From contig CAJLXA010000004.1 in the NCBI GenBank assembly GCA_905210485.1, forward strand, positions 5,054-69,053: a stretch of DNA of 64,000 nucleotides, read 5' to 3'. Shown here piece after piece: positions 19,294 to 28,057 of the stretch. Made by a program: the position numbers and the translations under genes. How positions within the stretch are numbered: the stretch's first letter is position 1; each line of letters opens with the position of its first letter. The notes under the pieces are model-generated. The model made no database searches. It was not told the DNA's origin and saw only the letters and a program-made list of their open reading frames with translations. The stretch is from an uncultured Eubacteriales bacterium (lineage in GTDB: Bacteria; Bacillota; Clostridia; Oscillospirales; CAG-272).

Positions 19294-21028
19294 TCTGCTG
19301 TCCTCCGCTTGTCTGTTGTTCATACACTTCCCGGTAAATATCGCATGTCAGGAGAAGTTCCTTGTGCGTACCGGCCGCCGCGATCCGCCCCTGATCGAGA
19401 ACCAGAATCATATCGGCATCCTCAACGGAAGAGATACGCTGTGCGATGATGATCTTCGTTGTTTCGGGAATATAGGTACGGAATCCTGCGCGGATACAGG
19501 CGTCGGTTTTCGTATCGACGGCGCTTGTCGAGTCGTCGAGGATCAGAATCTTCGGCTTTTTCAGAAGCGCGCGGGCAATGCACAAACGCTGTTTCTGGCC
19601 GCCGGAAACATTGGTACCGCCCTGTTCGATATGCGTATCGTATCCTTCCGGGAAACCGCGCACAAAATGGTCCGCGGCGGCAAGGCGACACGCTTCTTCG
19701 ATCTCTTCATCGGTCGCGGCGGGATTGCCCCAACGGAGATTTTCTTTGATCGTTCCCGAAAACAAAAGGTTTTTCTGCAAAACCATCGCCACCGCGCCGC
19801 GGAGCGTGTCGATGTCATAATCGCGCACGTCCACGCCGCCGACCTTCACCGATCCGACGGAAACGTCGTAAAGCCGCGGAATCAGCTGAACCAGCGTGGA
19901 TTTTGAAGAACCGGTACCGCCGATCACTCCGACCGTCATGCCCGACGCAATATGCAGGTCAATATCGGCCAGCGCGTATTTTTCGGCGTTTTTGGCGTAT
20001 TTGAAAGAAACGTTATCGAAATCCACCGAACCGTCGGCCACGGCGGTAACGGGATGCGCGGGATTTTTCAGCGTAGGCTCTTCGCCGAGGACTTCGCAGA
20101 TACGCTTGGCGGATTCGACCGACATGGTGATGATAACATAGATCATCGCGAGCATCATAAGCGAAATGAGAATCTGCATGCCGTAGGTCAGCATGGCGGA
20201 GATCTGTCCGACGTCAAGATCGCGGCCGCCGCTTGTAATCGTCATGCGCGAACCGAAGAACAGAACGAAAATCATGTTGAAATACAGGCATATCTGCATG
20301 ACCGGGCGATCCCATGCAACGATGCGTTCCGCACGCGTGAAATCGGCGCAGATGTCGTCCGTTGCGGCGCCGAACTTCTTTTTCTCGTATTCTTCGCGGG
20401 CAAAGCCTTTGACAACGCGCATACCGCGGACGTTTTCTTCGATGGATTCGTTCAGGCGGTCATATTTCTTGAAGACGCTGCGGAACGCGGGCATGGCCTT
20501 TTTGCCAATCATAAACAGCGCAAACGCCAGCACGGGCACGGCGATGACAAACGCGGTAACGAGAAAGCCTCCCATTATGTAGGCCATCACGATGGAAAAG
20601 ACAAGCATAAGGGGACTGCGGATTGCGGTACGGATGATCATCATGTAAGACATCTGCACGTTCGACACGTCGGTCGTCATACGCGTGACGAGCGAAGAAG
20701 GGGAAAATTTGTCGATATTATCGAACGAATAGTCCTGCACTTTATAAAACAGATCATGCCGGAGATTCTTCGCAAAGCCGGCAGAGGCGCGGGAACAGGT
20801 ATATCCCGCAACGCCGCCGCAAACCAGCGACAGACAGGCCATCAGAACCAGAATAAGACCGATTTTTATAATCGTGGCGATCTCGGCGCCGGCCTTGATG
20901 CGGTTCACGAGATTGGAGGTGATAAAGGGGATAAACGTTTCGATAACCGCTTCGCCCAATATGAAAATCAGCGTGAGAATCGTTTCTTTTTTGTACTCTC
21001 TCACGCACTGCGCCAGCCTTTTCAGCAT
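19280..21028 (-). CDS. ABC exporter, fused permease/ATPase (heterodimer partner A)
   Basis: 6-TM domain, Walker A 'GGTGSSKST', signature 'VSGGQKQ', Walker B 'LILDDSTS'. Overlaps the downstream partner. Confidence 0.9.
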   Translation of the reverse strand: MLKRLAQCVREYKKETILTLIFILGEAVIETFIPFITSNLVNRIKAGAEIATIIKIGLILVLMACLSLVCGGVAGYTCSRASAGFAKNLRHDLFYKVQDYSFDNIDKFSPSSLVTRMTTDVSNVQMSYMMIIRTAIRSPLMLVFSIVMAYIMGGFLVTAFVIAVPVLAFALFMIGKKAMPAFRSVFKKYDRLNESIEENVRGMRVVKGFAREEYEKKKFGAATDDICADFTRAERIVAWDRPVMQICLYFNMIFVLFFGSRMTITSGGRDLDVGQISAMLTYGMQILISLMMLAMIYVIITMSVESAKRICEVLGEEPTLKNPAHPVTAVADGSVDFDNVSFKYAKNAEKYALADIDLHIASGMTVGVIGGTGSSKSTLVQLIPRLYDVSVGSVKVGGVDVRDYDIDTLRGAVAMVLQKNLLFSGTIKENLRWGNPAATDEEIEEACRLAAADHFVRGFPEGYDTHIEQGGTNVSGGQKQRLCIARALLKKPKILILDDSTSAVDTKTDACIRAGFRTYIPETTKIIIAQRISSVEDADMILVLDQGRIAAAGTHKELLLTCDIYREVYEQQTSGGQQNEND

Positions 21029-21129
21029 AAACGGGATTCCTTTCCGCCGCTATGCGGCATGTAAAGTCGAAAATAAGCCGTGAAAAAGAAGCGCCCGCGG
21101 GCACCTGTTCCACGACAGTCGGTTTTGCT

Positions 21130-21158
21130 ATTATACCGCGTATTTTTTTATTTGTCAC
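21130..21158 (-). promoter_or_regulatory. candidate promoter of the ABC exporter operon
   Basis: Minus strand reads GTGACA - 17 nt - TATAAT. The spacer is bracketed by the inverted repeat CCGCGT..ACGCGG. Confidence 0.45.
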
Positions 21159-21274
21159 GCGGAATTTCAAGCATTTAACAATTTATTTACAATACAATAT
21201 AAGGATTCGGATAAGAAAACGGGGAAAAAAGCCGAAAAAATGCTTTGATCCCCGTTTTTCCGTTATGTCGCCGT

Positions 21275-22477
21275 TCAGGCGTTCGTATAGTTGTCGAAAT
21301 ATCCCTGCACGAGAACGACCGGCGTTCCTTTATCGCCCGAACCGCTGGTCAGGTCGCAAAGAGAGCCGATAAGATCGGTCAATTGCCGCGGTGTTGTGCC
21401 CTGCGACGCCATGTTGCCCACAAGGTTGCCGTCTTTTTTGCGGATGCTTTCCGTAATGGCCTTTTTCAGCGCCTCGCCGGAAAGATCTTTGTAATCGTTG
21501 TCCGCAAGATACTTCAGTTTCAGTTCGTTCGGCGTACCGATAAGGCCGTCCGTAAAGGCGGGAGAAACCACGGGATCGGCAAGTTCCCAGATCTTACCCT
21601 GAGGATCTTTGAAGGCGCCGTCGCCGTATACCATCACTTCCACGTGTTTGCCCGTCGCGTTCAGGATACGCGCCTGAATATCGTCGACAAGCGGACGGCA
21701 TTCGCGGGGGAACAGTTTGACTTTGTCTTCGGTCGCCTTATTGGAGCCGAGAAGTCCGTATTTCGCATTGTAACCGCTTCCGTTCACCGGGGACGTCATG
21801 ATCTCGTCAAGACCGAGCGCCACGGCAGCGCCTGCCTCTTTCAGGATCCGTTTGGTGCGGGCGCGGGTATGAATGTCGCAATGGATCACGGTGTCTGTAT
21901 AATCGAGAATGGCCTTGGCGTGGTTCGCAAAGACGATTTCAACTTCCGCGCCGGCCTCGCGGCAAAGTTCGCCGTAATAGGATACATAGTCCACGCCCGT
22001 GAATTCATGTTTGTTTTCGCCGAACAGGGCGCGGTAACGTTCCAGCGTCAGAACGTCGCTGTAAGGATTTACTCCGGCCGCGTCGAGTTTATCGAGGCTG
22101 ACAAGCTGGTTACCCACTTCATCGGAAGGATAGCTCAGCATCAGGACGACCTTTTTCACGCCCATGGCGATACCGCGGAGACAGATGGCAAAACGGTTGC
22201 GGGAAAGGATCGGGAAAATCACACCGACGGTTTTGCCGCCCGTTTTTTCCTTTACGTCGGCCGCAATGGCGTCGACCGAGGCATAGTTACCCTGCGCGCG
22301 CGCCACGACCGATTCGGTAACCGCGATTACGTCGCGGTCGCGGATCGGAAAGCCTTCCGCCTCCGCCGCCTGCAATACACTGTCGGTCACGATTGCCGCG
22401 AGATCGTCTCCTTCGCGGATAATGGGGCAGCGGATACCGCGCGACACGGTACCGACTCTGCGTTCGTTTGTATTCAT
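21275..22477 (-). CDS. F420-0:gamma-glutamyl ligase (CofE)-like family protein, long variant
   Basis: ATG 22477 behind GGAGAGGA. N-terminal 'PIIREGDDLAAIV..VIAVTESVVARAQGNY' and C-terminal 'DLIGSLCDLTSGSGDKGTPVVLVQG' resemble CofE. About 400 aa versus about 250 aa for typical CofE. Confidence 0.5.
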   Translation of the reverse strand: MNTNERRVGTVSRGIRCPIIREGDDLAAIVTDSVLQAAEAEGFPIRDRDVIAVTESVVARAQGNYASVDAIAADVKEKTGGKTVGVIFPILSRNRFAICLRGIAMGVKKVVLMLSYPSDEVGNQLVSLDKLDAAGVNPYSDVLTLERYRALFGENKHEFTGVDYVSYYGELCREAGAEVEIVFANHAKAILDYTDTVIHCDIHTRARTKRILKEAGAAVALGLDEIMTSPVNGSGYNAKYGLLGSNKATEDKVKLFPRECRPLVDDIQARILNATGKHVEVMVYGDGAFKDPQGKIWELADPVVSPAFTDGLIGTPNELKLKYLADNDYKDLSGEALKKAITESIRKKDGNLVGNMASQGTTPRQLTDLIGSLCDLTSGSGDKGTPVVLVQGYFDNYTNA

Positions 22478-22817
22478 GATATTCCTCTCCGGAGCCGTAT
22501 TCGGACAACTCCTAAAATTTACTTCATACGCTTTTGCAGGGGCGGCAGAAACGCCGTCCGTGCAACGCACTCTTTCAGTATACCACATCTGCCGTTATTT
22601 TTCAAGGTTATGTCCGATTTTTATTTATACATTTCCCTTATACCGGGAATTCGGTTGCGTGATAAACAACGTCCGTGCAACGCGTGCGTATGCCGGAACA
22701 TCGGCCGGCCGTAGCGTATCATTCCGCCGCGGTTGTGAAATATCTGCAACTATACAAACTTAAGTTTACAATTTACTTGTTTTCGCGTCGCATTATACGT
22801 TGCGCGGCATGCGTCTT

Positions 22818-22849
22818 TATACCGTCCCCGACGAGCCGGGGACGGTATA
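22818..22849 (-). terminator. strong hairpin just after the DUF4097 gene stop (no clear U-tract)
   Basis: 13-bp perfect stem TATACCGTCCCCG / CGGGGACGGTATA. Confidence 0.5.
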
Positions 22850-22851
22850 CC

Positions 22852-23832
22852 TCATTTCTGTACAGAGATCCGTACACTGCCGCTTATCGTTTCGATCTCG
22901 CAAAGACCGCCGGAAGTGGAAGCCGGCGTATCGACCCGGCCGCTTTGGGTATGCGTTGCGAATATTTTATCCGAAAGCAGCGTGCCGCTGACATCGCCCG
23001 ACGTCGTTTTCACTTTGATGGACGCGGCGTCCGAGGAACGGAAGCGCACGGCGCCCGACGTCGTTGTGATATGGGCGGCACCCGATGCCGTTACCCCTTC
23101 AAGCGCGACTTCGCCGCTTGCGGTTTCCAGATTCAGACCGCCGCAGGCCATGTCTTTAAGCTGAATCCGGCCGCTGGCGGTGTGAGCGGTGACATGCGCG
23201 TCCGTCACCGCCGATGACTTAAACAATATGTTGCCGCTTGCGGTCGAAAGTTCCGCCGCCGAAAAAGACAGATTTCTCACCTCGATATTACCGCTTGCCG
23301 TTCCGAGCGTCAGCGTTTCCGCTTCCGCGTCACGGCACAGGATATTGCCGCTCGCACCGCCGACGGTGATACGGCCGAAGCGGCCGCAGGACGCGATCTC
23401 CGTATTGCCGCTTCCGATCGTCACCTGCATGTAGTCATACGCTTTCTGCGGCAGATAGACCGTCACCGACGCACCGACATTGCCGCAGGAGAAAAACACG
23501 ACGTGTTCGTTCCACGAACGGTTATCCGCAACAGATACCTGTAGTTTGCCGCCGACGATCTCCACGGTCGGCACGGCCTTTTTATGCGTATACGTCTCCA
23601 CGCGGCATACGCCGTCTTCGGCGAGCGCAAACTTCAGGTCTTCCGAGGAAAGCGCGACCGAAATCTCCGTAAATTCCTCACCGGGTGTGTATACATGCTT
23701 CTCCATGTCCGTGTTATTCACACCGATCTTGCCGATGTCCCAACCGGCCGCCGCCAAAGCAATAACGAACGTGACGCACCCGATAACAATCAGAATGACA
23801 GCCGTCAACAGACATTTATTTATATTTTTCAT
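22852..23832 (-). CDS. DUF4097-like repeat protein, third gene of the PadR module
   Basis: N-terminal TM segment, then repeated 'TASGNI / TTSGDV / TASGEV' strands. ATG 23832 behind AAAGGAG. Confidence 0.6.
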   Translation of the reverse strand: MKNINKCLLTAVILIVIGCVTFVIALAAAGWDIGKIGVNNTDMEKHVYTPGEEFTEISVALSSEDLKFALAEDGVCRVETYTHKKAVPTVEIVGGKLQVSVADNRSWNEHVVFFSCGNVGASVTVYLPQKAYDYMQVTIGSGNTEIASCGRFGRITVGGASGNILCRDAEAETLTLGTASGNIEVRNLSFSAAELSTASGNILFKSSAVTDAHVTAHTASGRIQLKDMACGGLNLETASGEVALEGVTASGAAHITTTSGAVRFRSSDAASIKVKTTSGDVSGTLLSDKIFATHTQSGRVDTPASTSGGLCEIETISGSVRISVQK

Positions 23833-23837
23833 ATTCG

Positions 23838-24431
23838 TCAACTCCTTTTAATAATGAGGGTTTTCAAACCGCGTATCAGTTTTTTCCCAATAAAGGCAAC
23901 GCCCTTCGCCACATATCCCGCGCCGACAAAAAGCAGGATTGCCGCGCCGGCCGCGACAAAGGCGACAGCCAGAAGAATAAGACATTCGACAAACCGTCCC
24001 ATAAACAAGGAGACGATGCCCGAAACAAAGCAGATCGGCGACGAAAGCACGAGCGCCAAAACCGTCGCATACACGGCGACCACAACCGACCACAGCACGA
24101 TATAAATGCCGAAGAACAAAACCGCCGCCGTCAACAGAAGAGACAGCCAGATCGGCGCGCCGAGCACGAGAAGCAGAATTTCCCATGTGCGCAAACGGCG
24201 TTGCGGTTTGACTTTTGCCGCCAGCACCTTGGTGAGCGGGGCTTCCATCAGGATCTGTTTTGCCGCGTCGGACGGCGACCCGATTGCCGCTACGGCGTCG
24301 TTTTCGTTCATACCGTCTTCCATGGCGTCGCTGATGATCTCTCTGTAATATTCTTCCGACTTGCGGATATCCTCTTCGGAAAGTCCCGAAAGAGAACGGC
24401 GCAGTCCGGCAAGAAATTCATTCTCGGTCAT
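23838..24431 (-). CDS. DUF1700-like membrane protein (PadR-associated sensor)
   Basis: 'MTENEFLAGLRRSLSGLSEEDIRKSEEYYREII' followed by several TM segments. Overlaps the padR stop. Confidence 0.6.
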   Translation of the reverse strand: MTENEFLAGLRRSLSGLSEEDIRKSEEYYREIISDAMEDGMNENDAVAAIGSPSDAAKQILMEAPLTKVLAAKVKPQRRLRTWEILLLVLGAPIWLSLLLTAAVLFFGIYIVLWSVVVAVYATVLALVLSSPICFVSGIVSLFMGRFVECLILLAVAFVAAGAAILLFVGAGYVAKGVAFIGKKLIRGLKTLIIKRS

Positions 24432-24747
24432 GACTTTCTTCCTCCCTTATCACAAATGCATACATTCTGTTCATTTCCTCCCAATCTTTCGTAAAAGACT
24501 CGATTCGCTCGCGTCCCCGCGGCGTAATACTGTAATACTTCCGAAGCCGGCCGTTATGTTCCACCGCTTTTACGGTGAGAAGCGACGCCGCCTCCAGCCG
24601 ACGTAAAATCGGATACAAAGTCGATTCCGATATTTCCACATACGGTTCTATATCCTTTACGATACGGTAACCGTAGGAATCCTTGTTCTTGATGGCCGCC
24701 AGTACGCAGACATCAAGAAATCCCCGTTTCAATTGAATGTCCATCAT
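24418..24747 (-). CDS. PadR-family transcriptional regulator
   Basis: Winged HTH 'LDVCVLAAIKNKDSYGYRIVKDI..STLYPILRRLE'. Tandem ATGs at 24747/24744 behind GGGAGG. Confidence 0.85.
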   Translation of the reverse strand: MMDIQLKRGFLDVCVLAAIKNKDSYGYRIVKDIEPYVEISESTLYPILRRLEAASLLTVKAVEHNGRLRKYYSITPRGRERIESFTKDWEEMNRMYAFVIREEESHDRE

Positions 24748-24766
24748 ATACCTCCCTTCGCATAAT

Positions 24767-24795
24767 ACTATACCACACACAGTATATGCTGTCAA
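24767..24795 (-). promoter_or_regulatory. near-consensus promoter of the padR operon
   Basis: Minus strand reads TTGACA (24790-24795) - 17 nt - TATAGT (24767-24772), with an extended TG. Confidence 0.6.
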
Positions 24796-24817
24796 GAGGA
24801 AACCGAAAACTTTTCAT

Positions 24818-24850
24818 AAAAAAACGTGCGGAGAACATTTTCTCCGCACG
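24818..24850 (-). terminator. orphan minus-strand rho-independent terminator upstream of the padR promoter
   Basis: CGTGCGGAGAA / TTCTCCGCACG 11-bp stem with a 4-nt loop, followed on the minus strand by 7 T. No minus-strand gene lies upstream of it. Confidence 0.7.
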
Positions 24851-24891
24851 GTCGGCGTTGTTTATTATCCGAAAACGGGTGAGGGCAGGGG

Positions 24892-25737
24892 TTGCCGGCG
24901 GTCTGCCGCAAGGGAAATCCGCTCGCATCGCAGTCGGGAATCAGCCGCATGATCAACGATCTCGAAAAAGAATGGGGATTTTCTCTCCTTGAAAGATGTC
25001 ACACAGGCGTCAGGCTGACGGGCGCGGGGGAAAAACTTCTGCCGTATGCGCAACATTTCTGCGACGGCTATATGGATCTGCAGTCGGAAGTGGACGCCCT
25101 GCGGGGCGCACGGACAGGAAAAATACGCATCGGCGTGTTTTCCAGCGTGGCCACGCACTGGATACCCGCCGTTATCAAGGCCTTTCAGCATGACTATCCG
25201 CTTGTGGATTATGAACTACTGCTCGGCGATTATAAAGAGATCGAAGAGTGGATACGTTCCGGACGGGTCGATTGCGGCTTTCTTATCACGTCCGTGGCGT
25301 CGGATCTTGAAACGATTCCGCTCATGCAGGATCCGTTTCTTGCCGTTCTTCCCGAAAATCACCCTCTGACGGCGAAAGAAAAGGTTTCTCTCTCCGCGTT
25401 ATGCGAAGAGCCGTTTCTCCTGCTTGAGCGCGGCTCCAACACGGAGATAGCCGATCTTTTCAAAAAACACGGCTGTATTCCGCAGGTGAATTTCACAACA
25501 TGGGACGACTACGCCATCATGGCCATGGCGGAAAGCGGCCTCGGCGTCGGTATTCTGCCCGAACTGATCCTGAAACGCACCCCGTACAGGATTGCCGCGC
25601 GAAAACTCGACGTGCCGGCCTACCGCGAAATCGTTCTGGCGCTTCGTTCCGTAAAAAACGCGCCGCTTGTCGTGAAACATTTCCTCGGTTATCTGAATTT
25701 CCGCGATTCCGGAAAAAACGGAACGCGTGAAACCTGA
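24892..25737 (+). pseudogene. LysR-family regulator lacking the first part of its wHTH (5'-truncated, possibly non-functional)
   Basis: The LysR substrate-binding domain is intact. Only the tail of the HTH is present ('SQSGISRMINDLEKEWGFSLLER'). An in-frame TGA lies at 24880-24882, only a TTG start is available, and no HTH-like sequence appears in any frame upstream. Confidence 0.55.
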
Positions 25738-25757
25738 CGCCGTTCCCGGATATAAAA

Positions 25758-25788
25758 AGAGGGGGCAGGATAAAGTCCTGCCCCCTCT
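25758..25788. terminator. terminator hairpin between convergent LysR and phosphoesterase genes
   Basis: 13-bp stem AGAGGGGGCAGGA / TCCTGCCCCCTCT. TTTTAT follows on the minus strand. Confidence 0.7.
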
Positions 25789-25813
25789 CTGCCGGGAAAG
25801 GCGTTTTTTTAAC

Positions 25814-27922
25814 TTATTTTCCGAGGGTATATTTCACAACCCAGCCGTTCGGAACGAAAAATCCGTATACGTCATTTCCGGCGCTGTCTTTGGCAACAAG
25901 GGGCGTTGCCGCCGAGCCGTCGGCATAACTGTAGGAGAGACGGTAGACATAGTGACAGAATCCCTCTCCGACGGTGATCTTGCCGTCCTTTACCGTAATG
26001 GTCGCGGTCCCGACATTATACCACGATTTTTCGTGATAATATTCCCGCTTACCGCCCGTTTCGCCGGCGGCATCATAGGTGAGATGATCGCCCGCAACGG
26101 CAACATCGGTGTAGGTCGCGTCAACGGAAAGGTCAATCTTCTTTTTCGTGCCGTCTTTGGCAAGGTAGAAATAATCGCGGAGCGGCGTGCGGTTTTCGTC
26201 GCGCGCGGCGGTAACGTATACATATTTCCCGTCGGCGTCAACAAGAACCGGCAGCCCCGTTTCGTCATAAAGATTACCGTAACGCAAAGAACCGTTTTTC
26301 GCCATCGTTTCGCCGCCGATTGTCAGAATATGATTGCCGTCGCGGAAAGACAAATGCGCGATCGTTTTGTAACGCGCCACTTCGGTTCCGTTTGCGTCAT
26401 TCAGAGCATAGGCTTCGATCTTTGTGCCGTTGTACACCACGTGCATTTTCAGATCCTCGCCGTTATCGCCGACAAAAACGAGGCTTTCCAGAAGTTCCGC
26501 ATTGCGGGAACTCATGGTCGCGCGGGTATAGCGCAGATCCATTCCGACCATCTGGGAGCTGGTCAGATTAAAAAGTCCTTCCTCGTAATAGCCGCTGAAG
26601 CGGTCGCGGTATACATCGGTATAACCGTCGGTTCTGAGATGCATACGGGTAAAGCTCCACGGATGATTTTCAAGATTGCCCCAAACGACGTTCTTGGAAT
26701 TACTGCGACAGTAGAAATAGGACGCGTCGGGATACGTGTCGAAATGCAGGGAAGAAATGGTCGTGCCGACGCAGAAAGAGGGAACGCCGCACACTTTGCC
26801 CGATGCTTCGCAATGGTTGTCGCCGTAGAAAATTCCTTTGACATTCGTACGCGTGGCAAGCGCTTCGCCAAGCGCCGCGTCGCCGTTCGAAAAAAGATGC
26901 GCCGCAAGATACGTCGTGTCATAGGAATCGGAGAGAATATCCTCCAGAACTTCCTCATTGCATCCGACGTACTGCGTAATATCACCGGCCACGTTTATCG
27001 ACGTGACATTAGGGTCATACACATAAGTAAACGGATTCAGAACCGCTACCGAAGCGATCTTCTCGTAGGACGTTCGGTTCATTTCCGAGGCGTTCGTATA
27101 ATAGGTATATCCCGCATCATGATATTTTTCAAGTTCGGAATCGGTAAGATTTGTCACAATACGGACTTTCCCGTCCATACGCACGGCGCGGACAAGGAAA
27201 TTATCGGGTTCATAGCCGAAAATGTCGCCGTAATGATAAAGGTTTTCCCAAGGTTCCCACGACACTTCGCCGGTTTCGTAGTCATAGAGGAAATCCCAGT
27301 CGTGGTTGCCGACGGCCACAAAATAGGGAATATGGAAATCGGTGAGCTGCGAAAAATACTTTTCTTTCAGCACATAATTGAAATCGAAGCCCGATCCCCA
27401 GAATTCGTCAAGCGATTCGCCGAGGAAGTAGGTTCCGGCAATGGCATTTCCGTTTTCCGCGGCTGATTCGTCGTAGCTACCCGCGGTATTGTTGTGCCGG
27501 TAATTGTTCCAATAGCGCTGATCGGACGGCAGGAATTTTCTGTAGCAACCGTCGTTTCTGCTGTTATCGCCGAGGAAAAGCACCATATCGTACTCGCCGC
27601 GGCGGTACATGGCGCAGAGTTCATCCATCACCATCTGCAAACGCGTTTCGTTGTCCCAGCCGAAGAACTCGGATTCGCCCCAGTAGGAATTGCTGTGCAG
27701 ATAACTGCCGCCGGTAACAGAACTTTTCTCATACGTACCGCTGAAATGCAGGTCGGTCACATAAAGAACCCGCAGTTCGCCGCCGGTTTTTTCAGGTTCT
27801 TCCTGTCTTTCCGATTCGGAATCTTTTTCGGAACTGTCGTCATTATCGTTCACGCTGCAGGAGACGCAACCGAAGAGGAAAATGAAAACGAGTAAAAGAG
27901 AAAGAAGTTTTTTCATCGTCAT
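25814..27922 (-). CDS. lipoprotein, calcineurin-like metallophosphoesterase with C-terminal beta-rich domain
   Basis: Lipobox 'LVFIFLFGC|VSCS'. Motifs 'VTDLHFSG', 'FLGDNSRND', 'VGNHDWD', 'YGDNHCE'. Collinear paralog of the C-terminal part of the 2772-aa protein. Confidence 0.75.
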   Translation of the reverse strand: MTMKKLLSLLLVFIFLFGCVSCSVNDNDDSSEKDSESERQEEPEKTGGELRVLYVTDLHFSGTYEKSSVTGGSYLHSNSYWGESEFFGWDNETRLQMVMDELCAMYRRGEYDMVLFLGDNSRNDGCYRKFLPSDQRYWNNYRHNNTAGSYDESAAENGNAIAGTYFLGESLDEFWGSGFDFNYVLKEKYFSQLTDFHIPYFVAVGNHDWDFLYDYETGEVSWEPWENLYHYGDIFGYEPDNFLVRAVRMDGKVRIVTNLTDSELEKYHDAGYTYYTNASEMNRTSYEKIASVAVLNPFTYVYDPNVTSINVAGDITQYVGCNEEVLEDILSDSYDTTYLAAHLFSNGDAALGEALATRTNVKGIFYGDNHCEASGKVCGVPSFCVGTTISSLHFDTYPDASYFYCRSNSKNVVWGNLENHPWSFTRMHLRTDGYTDVYRDRFSGYYEEGLFNLTSSQMVGMDLRYTRATMSSRNAELLESLVFVGDNGEDLKMHVVYNGTKIEAYALNDANGTEVARYKTIAHLSFRDGNHILTIGGETMAKNGSLRYGNLYDETGLPVLVDADGKYVYVTAARDENRTPLRDYFYLAKDGTKKKIDLSVDATYTDVAVAGDHLTYDAAGETGGKREYYHEKSWYNVGTATITVKDGKITVGEGFCHYVYRLSYSYADGSAATPLVAKDSAGNDVYGFFVPNGWVVKYTLGK

Positions 27923-27963
27923 TTGTGAATCCTCCCAATATATGCCTTTTTTATGATACCTTT

Positions 27964-27992
27964 ATTGTATCATATGCCTATAAAATTGTCAA
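27964..27992 (-). promoter_or_regulatory. near-consensus promoter of the 702-aa phosphoesterase gene
   Basis: Minus strand reads TTGACA (27987-27992) - 17 nt - TACAAT (27964-27969). Confidence 0.6.
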
Positions 27993-28057
27993 GGCGCAGA
28001 TTGACACGACTTTTTCACTCTTGGTGGATTTTTTGCGCACATTTTTCACCAAACGGA

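Noticed and set aside
14766-22714. Long + strand ORFs opposite the ATPase, ABC exporters and CofE-like gene (402, 380, 747, 218, 370 and 489 aa)
   Set aside because: All lie in the mirror frame of well-supported minus-strand genes carrying DKTGT, Walker A/B and similar motifs. They stay open because TTA/CTA/TCA codons are rare. They are shadow ORFs.
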